A stretch of DNA of 63,323 nt, counting the filler, from Chiloscyllium plagiosum (lineage: Eukaryota), in NCBI RefSeq assembly GCF_004010195.1. It is 4 parts of one record of this genome, joined end to end, with 100 filler letters (N's around TTAATTAATTAA, not from the genome) between each part and the next. Parts side by side here need not be neighbours in the genome. Positions count along the whole stretch, not along the records: positions 1 to 25,388 come from NC_057713.1; positions 25,489 to 57,231 come from NC_057713.1; 2 more parts are not named here. The stretch is one strand, 5' to 3'. The notes beneath the pieces were generated by a model. It was given only the letters and a program-made list of their open reading frames with translations. It had not been told where the DNA came from and made no database searches. Within the stretch, counting starts at the first letter, position 1. Each line of letters opens with the position of its first letter. Shown piece after piece: positions 13,130-25,625 of the stretch. The position numbers and the translations under genes are program-made.

Positions 13130-13335
13130 TACTCAGCGGTTTGCTAAATTGGCTGGTTGATTGGTTTGTGATATAGAGTGACAGCAACAGCACAGGTTCA
13201 ATTTCTGTGTAGTTGAGGTCACCATGAAGGACCCTCCTTCTTAACCTGAGACATGATGACCCCCAGGTTAAATCATCACTAGTAATCCATCTTTCATGAG
13301 AAAGCAGCCCTATACCCCTCAGGAACGACAGAAAC
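13130..13335 (+). mobile_element. tRNA-derived SINE (second family)
   Basis: A-box-like TGCTAAATTGG and B-box-like GGTTCAATTTC. A homologous copy lies at 17005-17230 (shared GAGAAAGCAGCCCTAT). Confidence 0.55.
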
Positions 13336-14304
13336 TTGATCTTAATCATCACAAAATCATTAATTAATCCATGTTTTTACAAAAGACAGTTAATTTGGGG
13401 CTAGATTATTTCCAAAACAACAATCCAGTTAAGCCACTCATACAAACCCCAAGATTGCTCCTTCTAATCAGTCTATCATTAAAGAAAAACATTACTTCAA
13501 ACCCGAAGTTATTCATCTATACCAAATGAATGCCAGCGTCTCGCCTCCCCTGAACCCATAAAATGATTTGAATACCTTAGATTATAAAATCTCTAAGTTG
13601 ACGCACTACAAATTCTTTACTTGATGAGTTTAATCATTCAATAATCTCTAGACAGAATACTAGCCTTTGCTTTGCAGGGGTAATTAATCTTTAAATATTA
13701 AAGTTGTCAAAAATCATCACCTTCTACCCACTAAATAACTGAGGCATTACCATGGAGAAAAGAATGGGGGACAATATTTTCCCTGAGCTTAAAGTCTTGA
13801 ACATGCTTTCATTTGCAAGTTCCCTGCTGGAAACAACATGCATTGATACGCAAAGATAAATGAGCCATGTTATGAGCTTGACTAATTATTTAAAATAGTT
13901 AGCACACTCAGAAGTGTTCAGCGACTTTGGAATCAAATAAAGATATCAAATGGACTATTTCCCTGGCATCACACCAGCACTAATATGCAGGATTCATGCC
14001 AGTAGTATTTTCCCTTAACAGGATGCTGCCCTCAGTTTAAAAATTACTTTCTGCCTGTTACAAAATTGAACCTCACTATATGAATTTCGGTGCCAGCATG
14101 ATGTCAGGTACAGTGGCTGTATGTCCCAAAAATTGGTTATCAAATCCAACAGCATGTTCCTTTGACTGTTCATTGTAGGCAGACTACAGACTCTACTCAA
14201 GCAGCCGTGCTTGCAAAACACAAAAAATGTTGAGTATAATTCTGTAATTTTTATGTTTGTTTGATTGCTATTTTTTAATCAATATTAAAATTAATCATCT
14301 GGCA

Positions 14305-15318
14305 GTCTTTCAGTCAATACTCTCTCTCTATTATCTACAGAGAGGGGGTACCCTGGAAGATATGGAAAGATTTTTATGGAGTCTGGAATCAAGAATTGGG
14401 AATAGAAATCTTGTTGGAAGTATGGGAGGATATCTGGGAGAACGTGAAAAAAATTTCAATTTGCAATAAAGTGCAGGCTATGCAACTAAAGATTCTCCAT
14501 AGGGCCCATTCAACCCCAGAACGACTAGCAACATTTAAGAAAGGAGTATCCCCAAGGTGTTCTAAATGCAAACAGACACCGGTACTTTCACACACTGCTT
14601 ATGGTCATGCCAATAGATCTGTAGATCCTGGGGTGTCATAGCTAATGCGTTGGAGAGGATCTTGGGAATGGAAGTTAAGGCCGATCTGGTATCCATCCTT
14701 CTGGGACAGCCAAATCTGCCTTCGCTAGATGAGCACGGGAAGAAGCTATTCAACATTGTCATGTATTGTGCAAGGAAGAACTTTCTAATGATCTGGATCT
14801 CGGAAAACTCCCCGGGTCTTATGGGATGGCGTAAGTTAGTGATGCAGCCCGTCTCCTTGGACTTTCATCCAAATATGGTGCACCAGAAAACGGAACTATT
14901 TTATAAGACGTGGCAGCCTTTCTTGAACCACATAGACATGGACTTAGGGCCTGTGTGTAGTCATGAAGGCTAGATTTGGCTGCCCGGGGGTCCAGAAGGA
15001 GGAAGCCTGAATAAATAAATAAATACGGGTATATTAGCTGATGCTCCCGTTTGTGGGAGCCTCTGAGGGACAGCAAGTATGTAAGTTAAATTACATTGTT
15101 AGTTTAGTTCAATTCATGTTAATTTAATTTAATTTAATTTATGTTTAATTATTTATTGAATTGCAATCTGGGAAGATTGTTCTGTATCTCTGTGATAGTT
15201 TTGGTTTGTTCTGTAGAGTAGTCGACAGTTTATTCTTATTGTTGTTGTACCATAAGATTGCTGTATTATCTTTTGTACTTTGATAATTTAGTTAAAAAAA
15301 AAGCTTTCAATAAAAAAA
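14305..15318 (+). mobile_element. 5'-truncated L1-clade LINE (ORF2 C-terminal cysteine-rich region, 3' UTR, poly-A)
   Basis: WENVKKISIC...QLKILHR...CSKCK zinc-knuckle region, AATAAA and an A tail. An ~18 bp TSD AAAATTAATC(A/C)TCT(G/A)GCA lies at 14287-14304 and 15315-15332, at a TT/AAAA site. Confidence 0.85.
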
Positions 15319-15576
15319 TTAATCCTCTAGCACATTACACATACCAATAATTGTCACTAACAGCAACTGCAGCAAGGGTGACTGTGCATTGGTACTTCAC
15401 ACACTGCATCATAATAAACCAATGAAAATACATGCTTTCCTCAGTTAATGATGCATATAATTACATATTAGACAGATATAGAGCACCCAGAACAGACCAA
15501 CTCATTTATATGTGGCCTTATTCCCCTCTTCAGTCTAGTTTCTCAACCTTACCAGTCCTTTCTCAGTCATGACTTC

Positions 15577-15930
15577 GCAGGGGTGGCAAGGTGGCTGAGT
15601 GGTTAGCACTGCTGCCTCACAGCACCATGGACCCAGGTTTAATTCCATCCTCAGGCAATTATCTCTTGTGGGATTTCCACATTCTCCCAGCGTCTGCGTG
15701 GGTTTCCTCTGGATGCTCAGGTTTCCTCTCACAATCCAAAGATGTGCAGGTTAGGTCAATTGTCCATGCTAAATTGTCCATAGTATCAAGGATGCGTAAA
15801 TTAGATGGATTAGCCACTGGAAACTCAGGGGTAGGATAAGGCAATGAGACTGGGTGGGATGCGCTTGGAGGGTCAATGTGTACTTGTTGGGCTGAGTAGC
15901 CTGTTGCCACACTGTAGGGACTGTATGACA
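15577..15930 (+). mobile_element. HE1-like tRNA-derived SINE
   Basis: GGTGGCTGAGTGGTTAGCACTGCTGCCTCACAGC A box, B-box remnant, and a CR1-derived 3' tail. Confidence 0.85.
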
Positions 15931-16299
15931 TAAAAACATGTTCATGCTATTAGCCGCAAAAATAGTTCACGTGACAGCAAGTTGCGAATCTCACTACGCT
16001 TGTTTAACAAAACTCAGTTTATTACTGAATGGCATCAATGGCATGCATAATTAAATCAACTAAGACTTTATAACACTAGAATGGAAATTTCTTGAAAGAA
16101 AACATAACTGGAATGGAGGGGCTCTTGCAGGACAATGGTAGTATTCCTACTTCTGAGCTATAAAGTCCAGTTTCCAGTCCCACCTGTGCTGGAAATGTGT
16201 CAGAACACATATAAACAGGTTAATACAAAATGCTTACAACTAGCATGGACTGTAACAGAACCAAAAAAAAAATTTTACGTTTCAAATTTCAAGAATAAA

Positions 16300-17000
16300 T
16301 CTCTCAGACCCAGCTCAGAAAAAAACTATTTGGCCTATAGAGTCAGTGCCAACCTATCATCACTACTCCCAACATCCAGCATTTGGCCCATAGCCTTGAA
16401 TGTAATGATATTTCATGCAATCAGCCAAGTACTCTTCAAAAGGTTTAAAGATTTCCAGCCTCTACTGAGGCATTTCCCAGACATTCCCACCACCTGCTGG
16501 GTGAAAAAACATTTCTCAAATTCCATCTAAACGTACCTTTAGCCTTATAAAGTATGCCCACTGGTTATTGACCTTTCAATAAGGGAACAACAGATTCCTA
16601 ACCATCATGTCCATGCACCTCAATCTTATACACCTCTAACAGATCCCCATTCAGTCTTCTCTGAGCCAAGGAAAACAACTCAAAACACATCCAGCCTCTC
16701 TTCATTTTTAAACTGTTCCATCCCAGGTAATATCTTTTTGTACCTCCTCTGTACCGCATCCAGTGCAATCACAGCCTTCCTAAGCTGTGGTGACAAGAAC
16801 AGCACACAGTACTCAATCTGTGGCCTAAGAAATGTTTTACAGCTCCAACATAACCTTTCTACTGTTATAATCCATGACTACAATGCCTTCTTAATTACCT
16901 TATTAATTTGTCCTGTCATTTTCAGAAATCTGTGGACAAAAACCCTGAAATCCCTCCATTCCTCGGATCTTTCTGGTGTCCTGCCATTTATTAAATGCTC
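16300..17000 (-). mobile_element. old CR1 3' fragment
   Basis: GTGGTGACAAGAACAGCACACAGTACTC is the reverse complement of the EYCVLFLSP motif. Confidence 0.65.
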
Positions 17001-17004
17001 CTGA

Positions 17005-17230
17005 GTTTTGGGTTAGTCAGCTCAATTGGTTGGACGGTTAGTTTGTGACGCAGAGTGATGCCAAAAACATGAGTTCCCAAATTGCTGAAATTACTATGGA
17101 GGTCCCAACTTCTCAAAAACACTACTCACCTGAGGTATGGTGATCCTCAGATCAAACTGAACACCATTCACCTCTCTCTCTTGCGTGAGAGAGCAGCCCT
17201 ATGACCTCCTGGTACCATGACAATTTTACT
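17005..17230 (+). mobile_element. tRNA-derived SINE (same family as 13130)
   Basis: CAGCTCAATTGGTTGG head and a shared GAGAGCAGCCCTATG body. Confidence 0.55.
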
Positions 17231-19637
17231 TTTACACCACGGAGTTTAGAACAGCACAAACATCATACTGACAGTTAATAAAATATTCCTTTATCAAACG
17301 GTTAATATTTTGACATCTATCCTTAATAGATGAGCAAGTTAGATACGTTGTGATTTGCTTGGAATTATCATGCAACAGCATCAAAACCTTTACATCCAAA
17401 GGTAATTATATGTATATTAGAAGCACAATAGGAGCAGACAATACCAAGCAGCTGTTCAGCTCTCCTTATAAAATACCACAACACTATCTGAATAAAACAA
17501 TTCATTGCTTTGTGTTTTCCAGTGAAGAATAGTGAACATCACTGCCACATTTGAGATTTTAGGAGGTGTTTGAAAGAGACGAAAACACCAGCTGTAAATT
17601 TCCAAATCTTCATATGTTGAAAGCATTCTGAGCAAAGAGAAGTATAGTATGCAAGCTCCTTCACTGCTGAACACAAAATAATGGACTAAGCTAGGAGTCT
17701 TGATCCTTAATTCAGATTCAATCGGTTAGGCCTTTAGTGGAAGAAACTAAAGGAACAAAAATATGCTTCCATGTGTTCCAGGAAAAGTAATGCCATAAGC
17801 CTGGCAGCAGCTGATTCATCTGAAAAACTTCACAACATTTGCACCACCCCTTCCCCCATCCTGTGGGGTGTGGTAGCTAAAAATATATTTTAAAAAGAAC
17901 CGGTACAAAACATTGTCGGAATGACAATTTTACTTCGCTCAAGTTACAGCTGAATAACTATAAAATTCTACATATACCTTTGAACATATACCTTAACTAG
18001 CCAATTCCTTTTCTTAAATTGACCGATACAATAATGAAAATCTTGTTAATTGCTACCTTCTGCCACAAGATGTTGTGCTTCTATATCATTTCTTGTTTGA
18101 GAACCCCAGCAAATACATGGTATGTAGGATTCAACTGGGGAAGTAGGATTCTTCTCCACAACAAACATAGATAAAATTTAGAATAATTCACTTTTTACAA
18201 TAAATAAAAACGCCACTCAGCTTCTTTCTTTTCGAGTTACATTCTCACAGTCAAGCTACTCATAAACCAGCCTAACATGAATCATTGTAACCTGGAGCTT
18301 TTTAAACAACGTCATAAGTAGTGTACTTCCTAGTTGTAACACCGTCTGCATGTTTCACCATGATTTTACAAAGTGGCAGCATTGCACATCCCACAGAGAC
18401 CGCCTCCAGACTGTGAAGGCATACTATTGAACTAGTATTAGATTGCACAGTGACTATTTGAAAATCTGATTGGCTCAATTTGCAATAAAACAAATAGACA
18501 TACAGGAACTCTTGCCAAATACTATTCAATGAGGTGGGGCATCACAGATTAGAATGCGAAAGTATCAACTTTCTTAAGACTCTCAAAGCATAGAGGGTAA
18601 TTTGTTTTAGTATGGGATAGTTCTCAAATAAAAAAAGGACTTCTCATCAGTACCTCAGCTTTTACACTGAAAAGGACCAAAAAGATTTGCAAACAGTTCT
18701 CGAATGGAATGGAATCAATGGCATTTAATTGCTGACTCCTTTAAATATTTACTTAATTAATCCTTGTACATTTTCACATTATTTAACCATGTAGTGTCTC
18801 TGAAACAGTTTACATCACATCAGTTTATTTAAGCTTGAAATTACATGCACTAGTTCTAGAGTTTGTGGCGATCTTCACTAGCGCTTAATTTACCTAATTT
18901 TGTGAAAAAAAACAAGATAGAAATTTAAAACAAAAAAGCAAATTAGAAATGCTGGAATTTTTATATTTGTCTGGATTAATTGTGCTACTCACAAATTTAT
19001 ACTTTTACAATTGTTTTTCTGCTTTTATTCACAGGATCACTTCTGTAACCTTCATTTCCATGTGTTACCTGCTGAACTTATGGTCGGAGCACTGTTTCCC
19101 TTCTGGCAAAGGTTCAGTTTGGAAAATACATTTCAGTAGACAGTGAAACTAAATCATGTGGTGTCAAATATGTACACAATTTAAAAAAAGGCAATAGGTA
19201 ACTGCATGCAAAATCAGAAACAGCTGGTCGGTGTGACTAACATCTGAGGTACAATATGTAATCACGGCAAAATATCTTGTGCTGTGGACTTGTTTGACTA
19301 TAGCTTGAAGGTTCAAATTCCAATTGACACAATCAACTCATTTTGAACTTTCTTGCTCAGATAAAGGTCCATGATGATGTTTGGATCAATACAGAGCTTA
19401 AAATAAACAGTTTTTGATCTGTTTTTTTTCCTAAACAGATACTCATTAAAATTTTACTTTAAAAAGGAAAACATATTTACCAGTGAAGGAGAATTCAAGC
19501 AAGTATTATATATTATAGAGTAACTAATAAATAATGGAGAGCTTACAGTAATTTCCAGCTTAGCAAAGATGCAGGACTTGTGGAGGAAAGAATCATAAGA
19601 TTTGTAATATATAGTCATATGTTTAGAAACAAAATAA

Positions 19638-19925
19638 ATACAGTGGCTCAGTGGTTACAATGCTGCCTCACAGCACTAGGGACCCGGGTTCGATTCCAGC
19701 CTTGTGTGACTGACTGTATGCAGTTTGCACGTTCTCCCCGTGCCTGCGGGGGTTTCTGCGGGTGCTCTGGTTTCCTCCCACAGTCCAAAGATATGCAGGT
19801 TAGGTGGACTGGCTATGATAAACTACTCCATAGTGTCCAGGGATGTGTAGGTTAGCCGGGATAGCCATGCTAAATGTGGGGTTATGGAGAGAGGGGTGGG
19901 ATGCCTTCGGAGGTTTGGTGCAGAC
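19638..19925 (+). mobile_element. HE1-like SINE
   Basis: GTGGCTCAGTGGTTA...GACCCGGGTTCGATTCC (A and B boxes) and body TTTCCTCCCACAGTCCAAAGAT. Confidence 0.85.
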
Positions 19926-19929
19926 CCTG

Positions 19930-22752
19930 GTGTAGGACCTCTATGAAATATAAAATAAAAATATAAACTGTTGGAAAAGCACACCAATATCCAGAAAGGG
20001 AGAATAAAAGTATTTAAAATTTAGCTTCATGCTTTTGTTGTGGACCAGACAAGACCAAATCACCTCAAATATATTAAGCAGATTGCCTTTAAAGTGAGGG
20101 TCTAGGCTATTACAAAGTACTGTGTTCCAGATGTAATTCAATTTGTCAAACTACTTGGCTTAAAGCAAAACATGCTTTATCCAGATACCCAGTTAAAATA
20201 TAAACAAAAGGAAGAAGAATTGGTATAACTTCAACTCTTTGAAAACCTAACGGAATAATAGATTATTTAACTATTAAACAGTAACTGTTCCTGAACCGTT
20301 GGCAGAGGCCATTCGTGGGGATCTCAATATATCAGCTCCAGAAGTGGGGTCAAAATTACATAAGATCTCGCTGTATGCAGATAATGTTCAAATTTTCTTG
20401 ACAAATCCAGTAGTCTCAGTGCCTTGCCTGATATAATGCATTCACGCGTTTGCACTTTTTCAGGGTATAAGATTAATTTTGCTAAATCAGAGGCTATGCC
20501 TATGGGGTGGTCTTACGAAAGAGTTGGCTCTTGAGAGTGACTTTAGATTCCCATTTAGGTGGTCACAGGGGGGTTTTGTGTATTTGCGCATATTCATTAC
20601 TCCAGTTCTGGATTGGCTGTTCAAAGCCAATTTTACTCAATTATTTGAAAAAATTAAACAAGATCTCCAAAGATGGGAGGCACTTCCAGTCTGATGGTTG
20701 GGTCGGATAGTGCTTATTAAGATGAATATTCTCCCTCGTTTGCTATACCCTATACGGATGCTCCCCCTGATTTTCAATAAATAAACACTCAGGAGACTGA
20801 ACAGTTGGTTCAGCTCCTTTATCTGGCACCGTAAACAGCCCCGCATTAAATTAGCCAAACTGCAGTTGCCTCACAGATGGGGGAGGGGGGAAGTAGATCT
20901 TCCGGACATTAAAAATTACTAATTAAGCTCGCTTTTGACCCACGTAAGTGATTGGGTTTGTGGGGACCCTTTTTCAATATGGCTAGATATCGAAGCCTCC
21001 CAGGCAAGGTGCCCCCTTACCAGTTTGCTGTTTTAGGACAAGATGAGGACAGTTAGGGAATATTGCCATAACCCAATAGTCATCAATACTGTTAAAGCAT
21101 GGAGGGCAATTCGACAGAGGGAAGGTAATATTGGTAAAACATCTTTGTTTACACCTTTAGTGGGTATGCCGAGTTTTCAACCAGGTTTGATAGATTCAGG
21201 ATTTAAACATTGGGCAGCTAGGGGTATACCTTGCATGAGTGATTTATTTGAGGGAGATGTAATGATGTCCTTCTATCAGTTAGTATGGAAGTACGAGTTA
21301 CCTCATAGAGACCTCTTTCGTTTTTTTCAAGTTAGGGATTTTATTCAAAAAAGGACCACACTTTTGACTGATCCCTACAAATCTGACATAGAAAGAGGGG
21401 TACTAAGGGCTAAGAGTACACTCTCTGTCAGTACTCTATATCACCAATTGGGGTTGCCAACTCAGATGAGTCTGATCGACTCTGCAAGATGTGGGAAAGA
21501 GAGCTGGGTGTTGAAGTTTCTTCAGAGGCATGGGAGGATATTTGGGAGAATGCAAGGAAGATATCAATTTGCAATAGGACCCATGCTTTACAGTTGAAGA
21601 TTCTCCACAGGGTCCACTTAGCCCCAGACAGTTTGTCAAAATTTAAACCAGGGGTATCTTCAGCATGCCCCAAGTGCAAGGTCTGTACGGGTACTCTTAC
21701 CCATTGTCTTTGGTCTTGTGACAGGCTTCAAACATATTGGAGTGCTGTGATGGGTGCAATGGAGAGGATTTTAGGGGTGGAGAAGGACCCTATTTCGCTC
21801 CTTTTGGGCCTACCCATTGTATTTCCTACAGACTCGCATAAGGAAAAACTTTTCAATATTCTTACATTCTGTGCAAGGAATATCTTGCTAGGTTGGATAT
21901 CAGAAAACCCCCCCAGGCCTGTCGGGTTGGCAGAAGATTGTTATGGAGCATATTCCCCAGCATTTTCTCACAAATATGGTACACCACAAAACTGAGAATT
22001 TTTAAAAGGCATGGCAACCCTTTTTGAAATACCTGGACACAGATTTATCTGCCACACTAACAAGGGCTTTTATATAGCCGTAATGATTGTGTTTCATGAG
22101 TCCAAGATCCAGGGAGGAGGAACTGTGAATGTATGAGTGTTTTGTTTGGCTGGGCTGAGTTATTACTATTTATTTGTTTGTTGTTAGGTATTTATTTAGT
22201 TAGTTAAATGGCTAGTTTAGGTTTTTTTTTAATTTTATACTTCTCTATATATGTTCATACATTCGTATAGGAGGCTGGTTTGGGGAATGTTTTTTATTAT
22301 TTGGGTTTAGTTTTGTACTATTTTTGTACTGTTTTGAATTGCATTGTTTTGTATTTGTTGGAACATTTAAAAATCTATTTTTTCTTAATAAAAATATATT
22401 ATAAAAAAAACAGTAACTGCTCCAATATAGTAACATCCCATAAACACATCCTTGGCAAAGGCAAAGTCAGTACAACAGGTTGTCTCGCATGTAATTCTGG
22501 CAGCAGAAAGAGAACCCATGCTTTTAACACAACAGAGAGAGATGTAGCAGTTTCCACAGCCAATTTCAAAATTCGACCAAATACTGAAAGCTAGACTAAA
22601 ACCCTGAGTCCACTCAGTCATGCTGTTTCTACTCCAACTTTTTTTAAAAACCCAAGGTTTGGAGGAGACAGCTTAACACCAATGGTTTAATACCTCTCTT
22701 CAAAAACAAATCAGGACAAAATACACCTCTTAAAGCCATAGTATAATCATAC
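19930..22752. mobile_element. probable LTR-like host repeat split by the L1 at 20292-22410
   Basis: Sequence is continuous across the L1 TSD and has LTR-like composition. Boundaries are uncertain. Confidence 0.3.
20292..22410 (+). mobile_element. 5'-truncated L1-clade LINE (RT motif C to poly-A), frameshifted
   Basis: KISLYADN (YADD-like), GRIVLIKMNILPRLLY and CPKCK..GTLTHCLWSC zinc knuckle, then AATAAA and an A tail. TSD AAACAGTAACTG(T/C)TCC at 20276-20291 and 22408-22423. Confidence 0.92.
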
Positions 22753-23040
22753 ATTGTGCACTAAATGTTAAGCTTCAGAGACCAAGAGAAAACCAAGAGA
22801 AAAATCAATCAACAAATAAAATTAAAACTCACCATTTCTTACCACAATTGCTGCTTCAACATAACGCATCCACTGATTTATACTGCAAAATGAGAAATGC
22901 TTGCAATCACTTTTGCCTGGGACGCAGCAAATGCAGCAGCCTGTATGATATCAACTGAGTCAGAGATCCATTAAATCTGCAATCCTAGCTCGCACTGATA
23001 TCCCAAAAGTGTGAACAATACTATGCCAACATCACTGCTA

Positions 23041-23366
23041 TTAGATTTTTTTTTGATTTAGATTACATTACAGTGTGGAAACAGGCCCTTCGGCCCAACA
23101 AGTCCACACCGACCCGCCGAAGCGCAACCCACCCATACCCCTACATTTACCCCTTACCTGACACTACGGGCAATTTAGTATGGCCAATTTAGCTGACCTG
23201 CACATCTTTGGACTGTGGGAGGAAACCAGAGCACCCGGAGGAAACCCACGCAGACAAAGGGAGAACGTGCAAACTCCACACAGTCAGTCGCCTGAGGTGG
23301 GAATTGAACCCGGGTCTCTGGCGCTGTGAGGCAGCAGTGCTAACCACTGTGCCACCGTGCCGCCCA
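23041..23366 (-). mobile_element. HE1-like SINE, full length
   Basis: Reverse complement reads GGGCGGCACGGTGGCACAGTGGTTAGCACTGCTGCCTCACAGCGCCAGAGACCCGGGTTCAATTCC, with a (TAATC)n-type tail. Confidence 0.92.
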
Positions 23367-24787
23367 CATGCTACGCTGCATGGAGTCAATGAATCCAGTC
23401 ATCTGGATTTCAGTACTGAATTCTATTCAATAAATTGCTGTGTTTCATATTAGCTTAATCAGATGTAGAAGCCTAATGTGGATGCGTTCTGAGCCCTGAC
23501 TCAACATCTTCCATGTTTATGGTATGCATCTGTTCTACATGCAGTATTTTTAAACATGACAGCCTGCTTTCACAGTCACAAACAAAAAGTTAGTACTTGC
23601 TAGTGACTTTAAAGAAGCTGCCCACTATTACAATCTCCAGAAAGATGGAAAACTTTCAAATAAAAACCCGAATTTCCAGCTAGGATCTGAAGCAATGACA
23701 GACCAAGATTTCACATTTTAAAGTTTTGCTGTAATAAATATATTTTAAAAACAAATACAGGACGTCTAAACACTATTGCCTGTTTGTAGACAACCTATAC
23801 TTTAAACTACAGGAAAAGGATTCCTCATTTAACTTTTAACAGAACAGAAAATATACTGCTATGGTTATATATTTCATTGCCACATATACACTTCATTCCT
23901 AGGTATCAGGCTAAAATTCTCATCTCCCAAAGGCTTGCTTCTTTTTCACTTTCTTAGCTGGGTACTTATAATTGCAGTACTGAACTTCACTGTAAAAATT
24001 ATGATGCAGCTTTACTCTTCTTGCTCAAGCAGGGTGAAGCTTCCAATATCCTATAACTCCTTACAAATTCAGTGTCCAATCAGAATGATGCTTCTCACCC
24101 ATATTCTACATGAATAATAGAGTCAACATTTTCTCTGCTTCGTGCAGTCTTTTGCACTCCACCTCTCAAGGTGGCTGCACACCATACAAATCAAAACTGC
24201 TGTTGCCTTTGATCTTCAGATGGATTTTAGATGGATGCCTACCATTTGATCTTAAAAATGGCTTCCACTATCCTCTTCCCCATGGCAACAGCTTTGTAAC
24301 AACCGGTACCCAGTTATCATTGGCCTAACTCACTTGTACTCAATCAGATTCCAGAACAGGTCACATTACTCCATTTATTTTCCTTAAATTAAAGCTACAG
24401 TTCCAAAATATAATGTAATTGTAACACCACAAAGATCCCACAATTTAAGCTCATCTTTCCAAACTTTAGTTTAACGTCAGTGACAAGTCAAAAGGCTACT
24501 TCATGCATCCAACTAACTGCAACTATGATGTCAAGCATAAGCCCTGTTACAGTAACAACACAATAGAATAGAGTCTAAAGGAAAAAATAACGGGAGCATG
24601 TTCAAAGGTATTCCAATCATATTGGAACATGATAATCTACATTTAGAATGAAAAAATCTGATGGGTGAAAGGTAGCACGGATGAGGAGTTCATAGAATAC
24701 TTCAAGATAGTTTCTTAGAAGAGCATACTCTGGAGCCAACTGTTTATTGCAAGAGAGATGAATACAAAAGCAGTGAGGTTATATTTT

Positions 24788-25096
24788 GATTTTACGGACC
24801 TTTGATCATGGGGAGAATGATAACCCTCAAGGTTGAACCCACTGATAATACTGAAAATGTAAAGGCTAAAATTCAGGACAAGGAAGATATTCTCCTGATC
24901 AGTAATGGGACTGATTATTACTGGAAAACAATTAAGAGGTTGCCATACACTCTTCGGCGACAACATGCAAAAGGAATCAACTTTGCACTTCGTTTTGAGA
25001 CTGTGTGGTGGTGCCAGGAAGAGAAAGACAATGTCCTACACCACACCAAAGAAGAACCAGCATAAGAGAAAGTAAAGCTTGCTGTCCTTAAAAATA
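24788..25096 (+). pseudogene. RPS27A: processed ubiquitin-ribosomal protein S27a pseudogene, degraded and cut off by an L1
   Basis: [25 protein letters not shown], then after frameshifts [34 protein letters not shown]...VKLAVLK. This is ubiquitin fused to the S27a N-terminus, with no introns. Confidence 0.9.
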
Positions 25097-25388
25097 GAGA
25101 TGTCGGATCCAAGATGGCGGCGACCCAGTAAGACTGAGTCTATAGTGCTCCTCCCAAGACTTGGGCACAGTGGGTCACCTACCCCCTACCAAGCTCACCA
25201 AATCATTTATAAATCATTTATAATAGTTTAGTAACTCAATTAGTTGTGTAACATTACATTTAAGCAACTTTATCCTAAGTTAAAATGACTAAAGGGAAAG
25301 GAGCCCGAGGCTCTCAGCAAGCAGGAACCCCTCCCCCACACTCTCCAGCTGCAGCAGAGGCGTCCACAGCCGCCCCGGGGAACTTACC
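25097..25388 (+). mobile_element. 5' end of an L1-like LINE (5' UTR and ORF1 start), running into an assembly gap
   Basis: Begins after a TT/AAAA site, has the YY1-type motif CAAGATGGCGGC at 25110-25121, and an ATG at 25285 (MTKGKGARGSQQAG...). Confidence 0.6.
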
Positions 25389-25488
25389 NNNNNNNNNNNN
25401 NNNNNNNNNNNNNNNNNNNNNNNNNNNNNNNNTTAATTAATTAANNNNNNNNNNNNNNNNNNNNNNNNNNNNNNNNNNNNNNNNNNNN

Positions 25489-25625
25489 CCCTCCTCTAGC
25501 TTATCTCTCCATGCTTCAGGCTCTCTGCCTTTATTCCTGATGAAGGGCTTTTGCCCGAAACGTCGATTTTGCCTGTCCTCGGATGCTGCCTGAATTGCTG
25601 TGCTCTTCCAGCACCACTAATCCAC
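25489..25625 (+). mobile_element. Penelope-like 3' terminal repeat
   Basis: Contains a hammerhead core followed by GATGCTGCCTGAATTGCTGTGCTCTTCCAGCACCAC. Confidence 0.8.
25533..25568 (+). ncRNA. minimal type I hammerhead ribozyme motif
   Basis: ATTC-CTGATGA-A-GGGC(TTTT)GCCC-GAAA-CGTC-GATT. Confidence 0.75.

Noticed and set aside
23290..23366. tRNA-like A/B boxes here and in other copies
   Set aside because: These are SINE heads followed by HE1 body and tail. There is no complete cloverleaf, so they are not tRNA genes.
25433..25444. TTAATTAATTAA embedded in N runs (also 57276-57287 and 61654-61665)
   Set aside because: An identical all-frame stop linker centred in 100 nt gaps is a scaffolding artefact, not biology.
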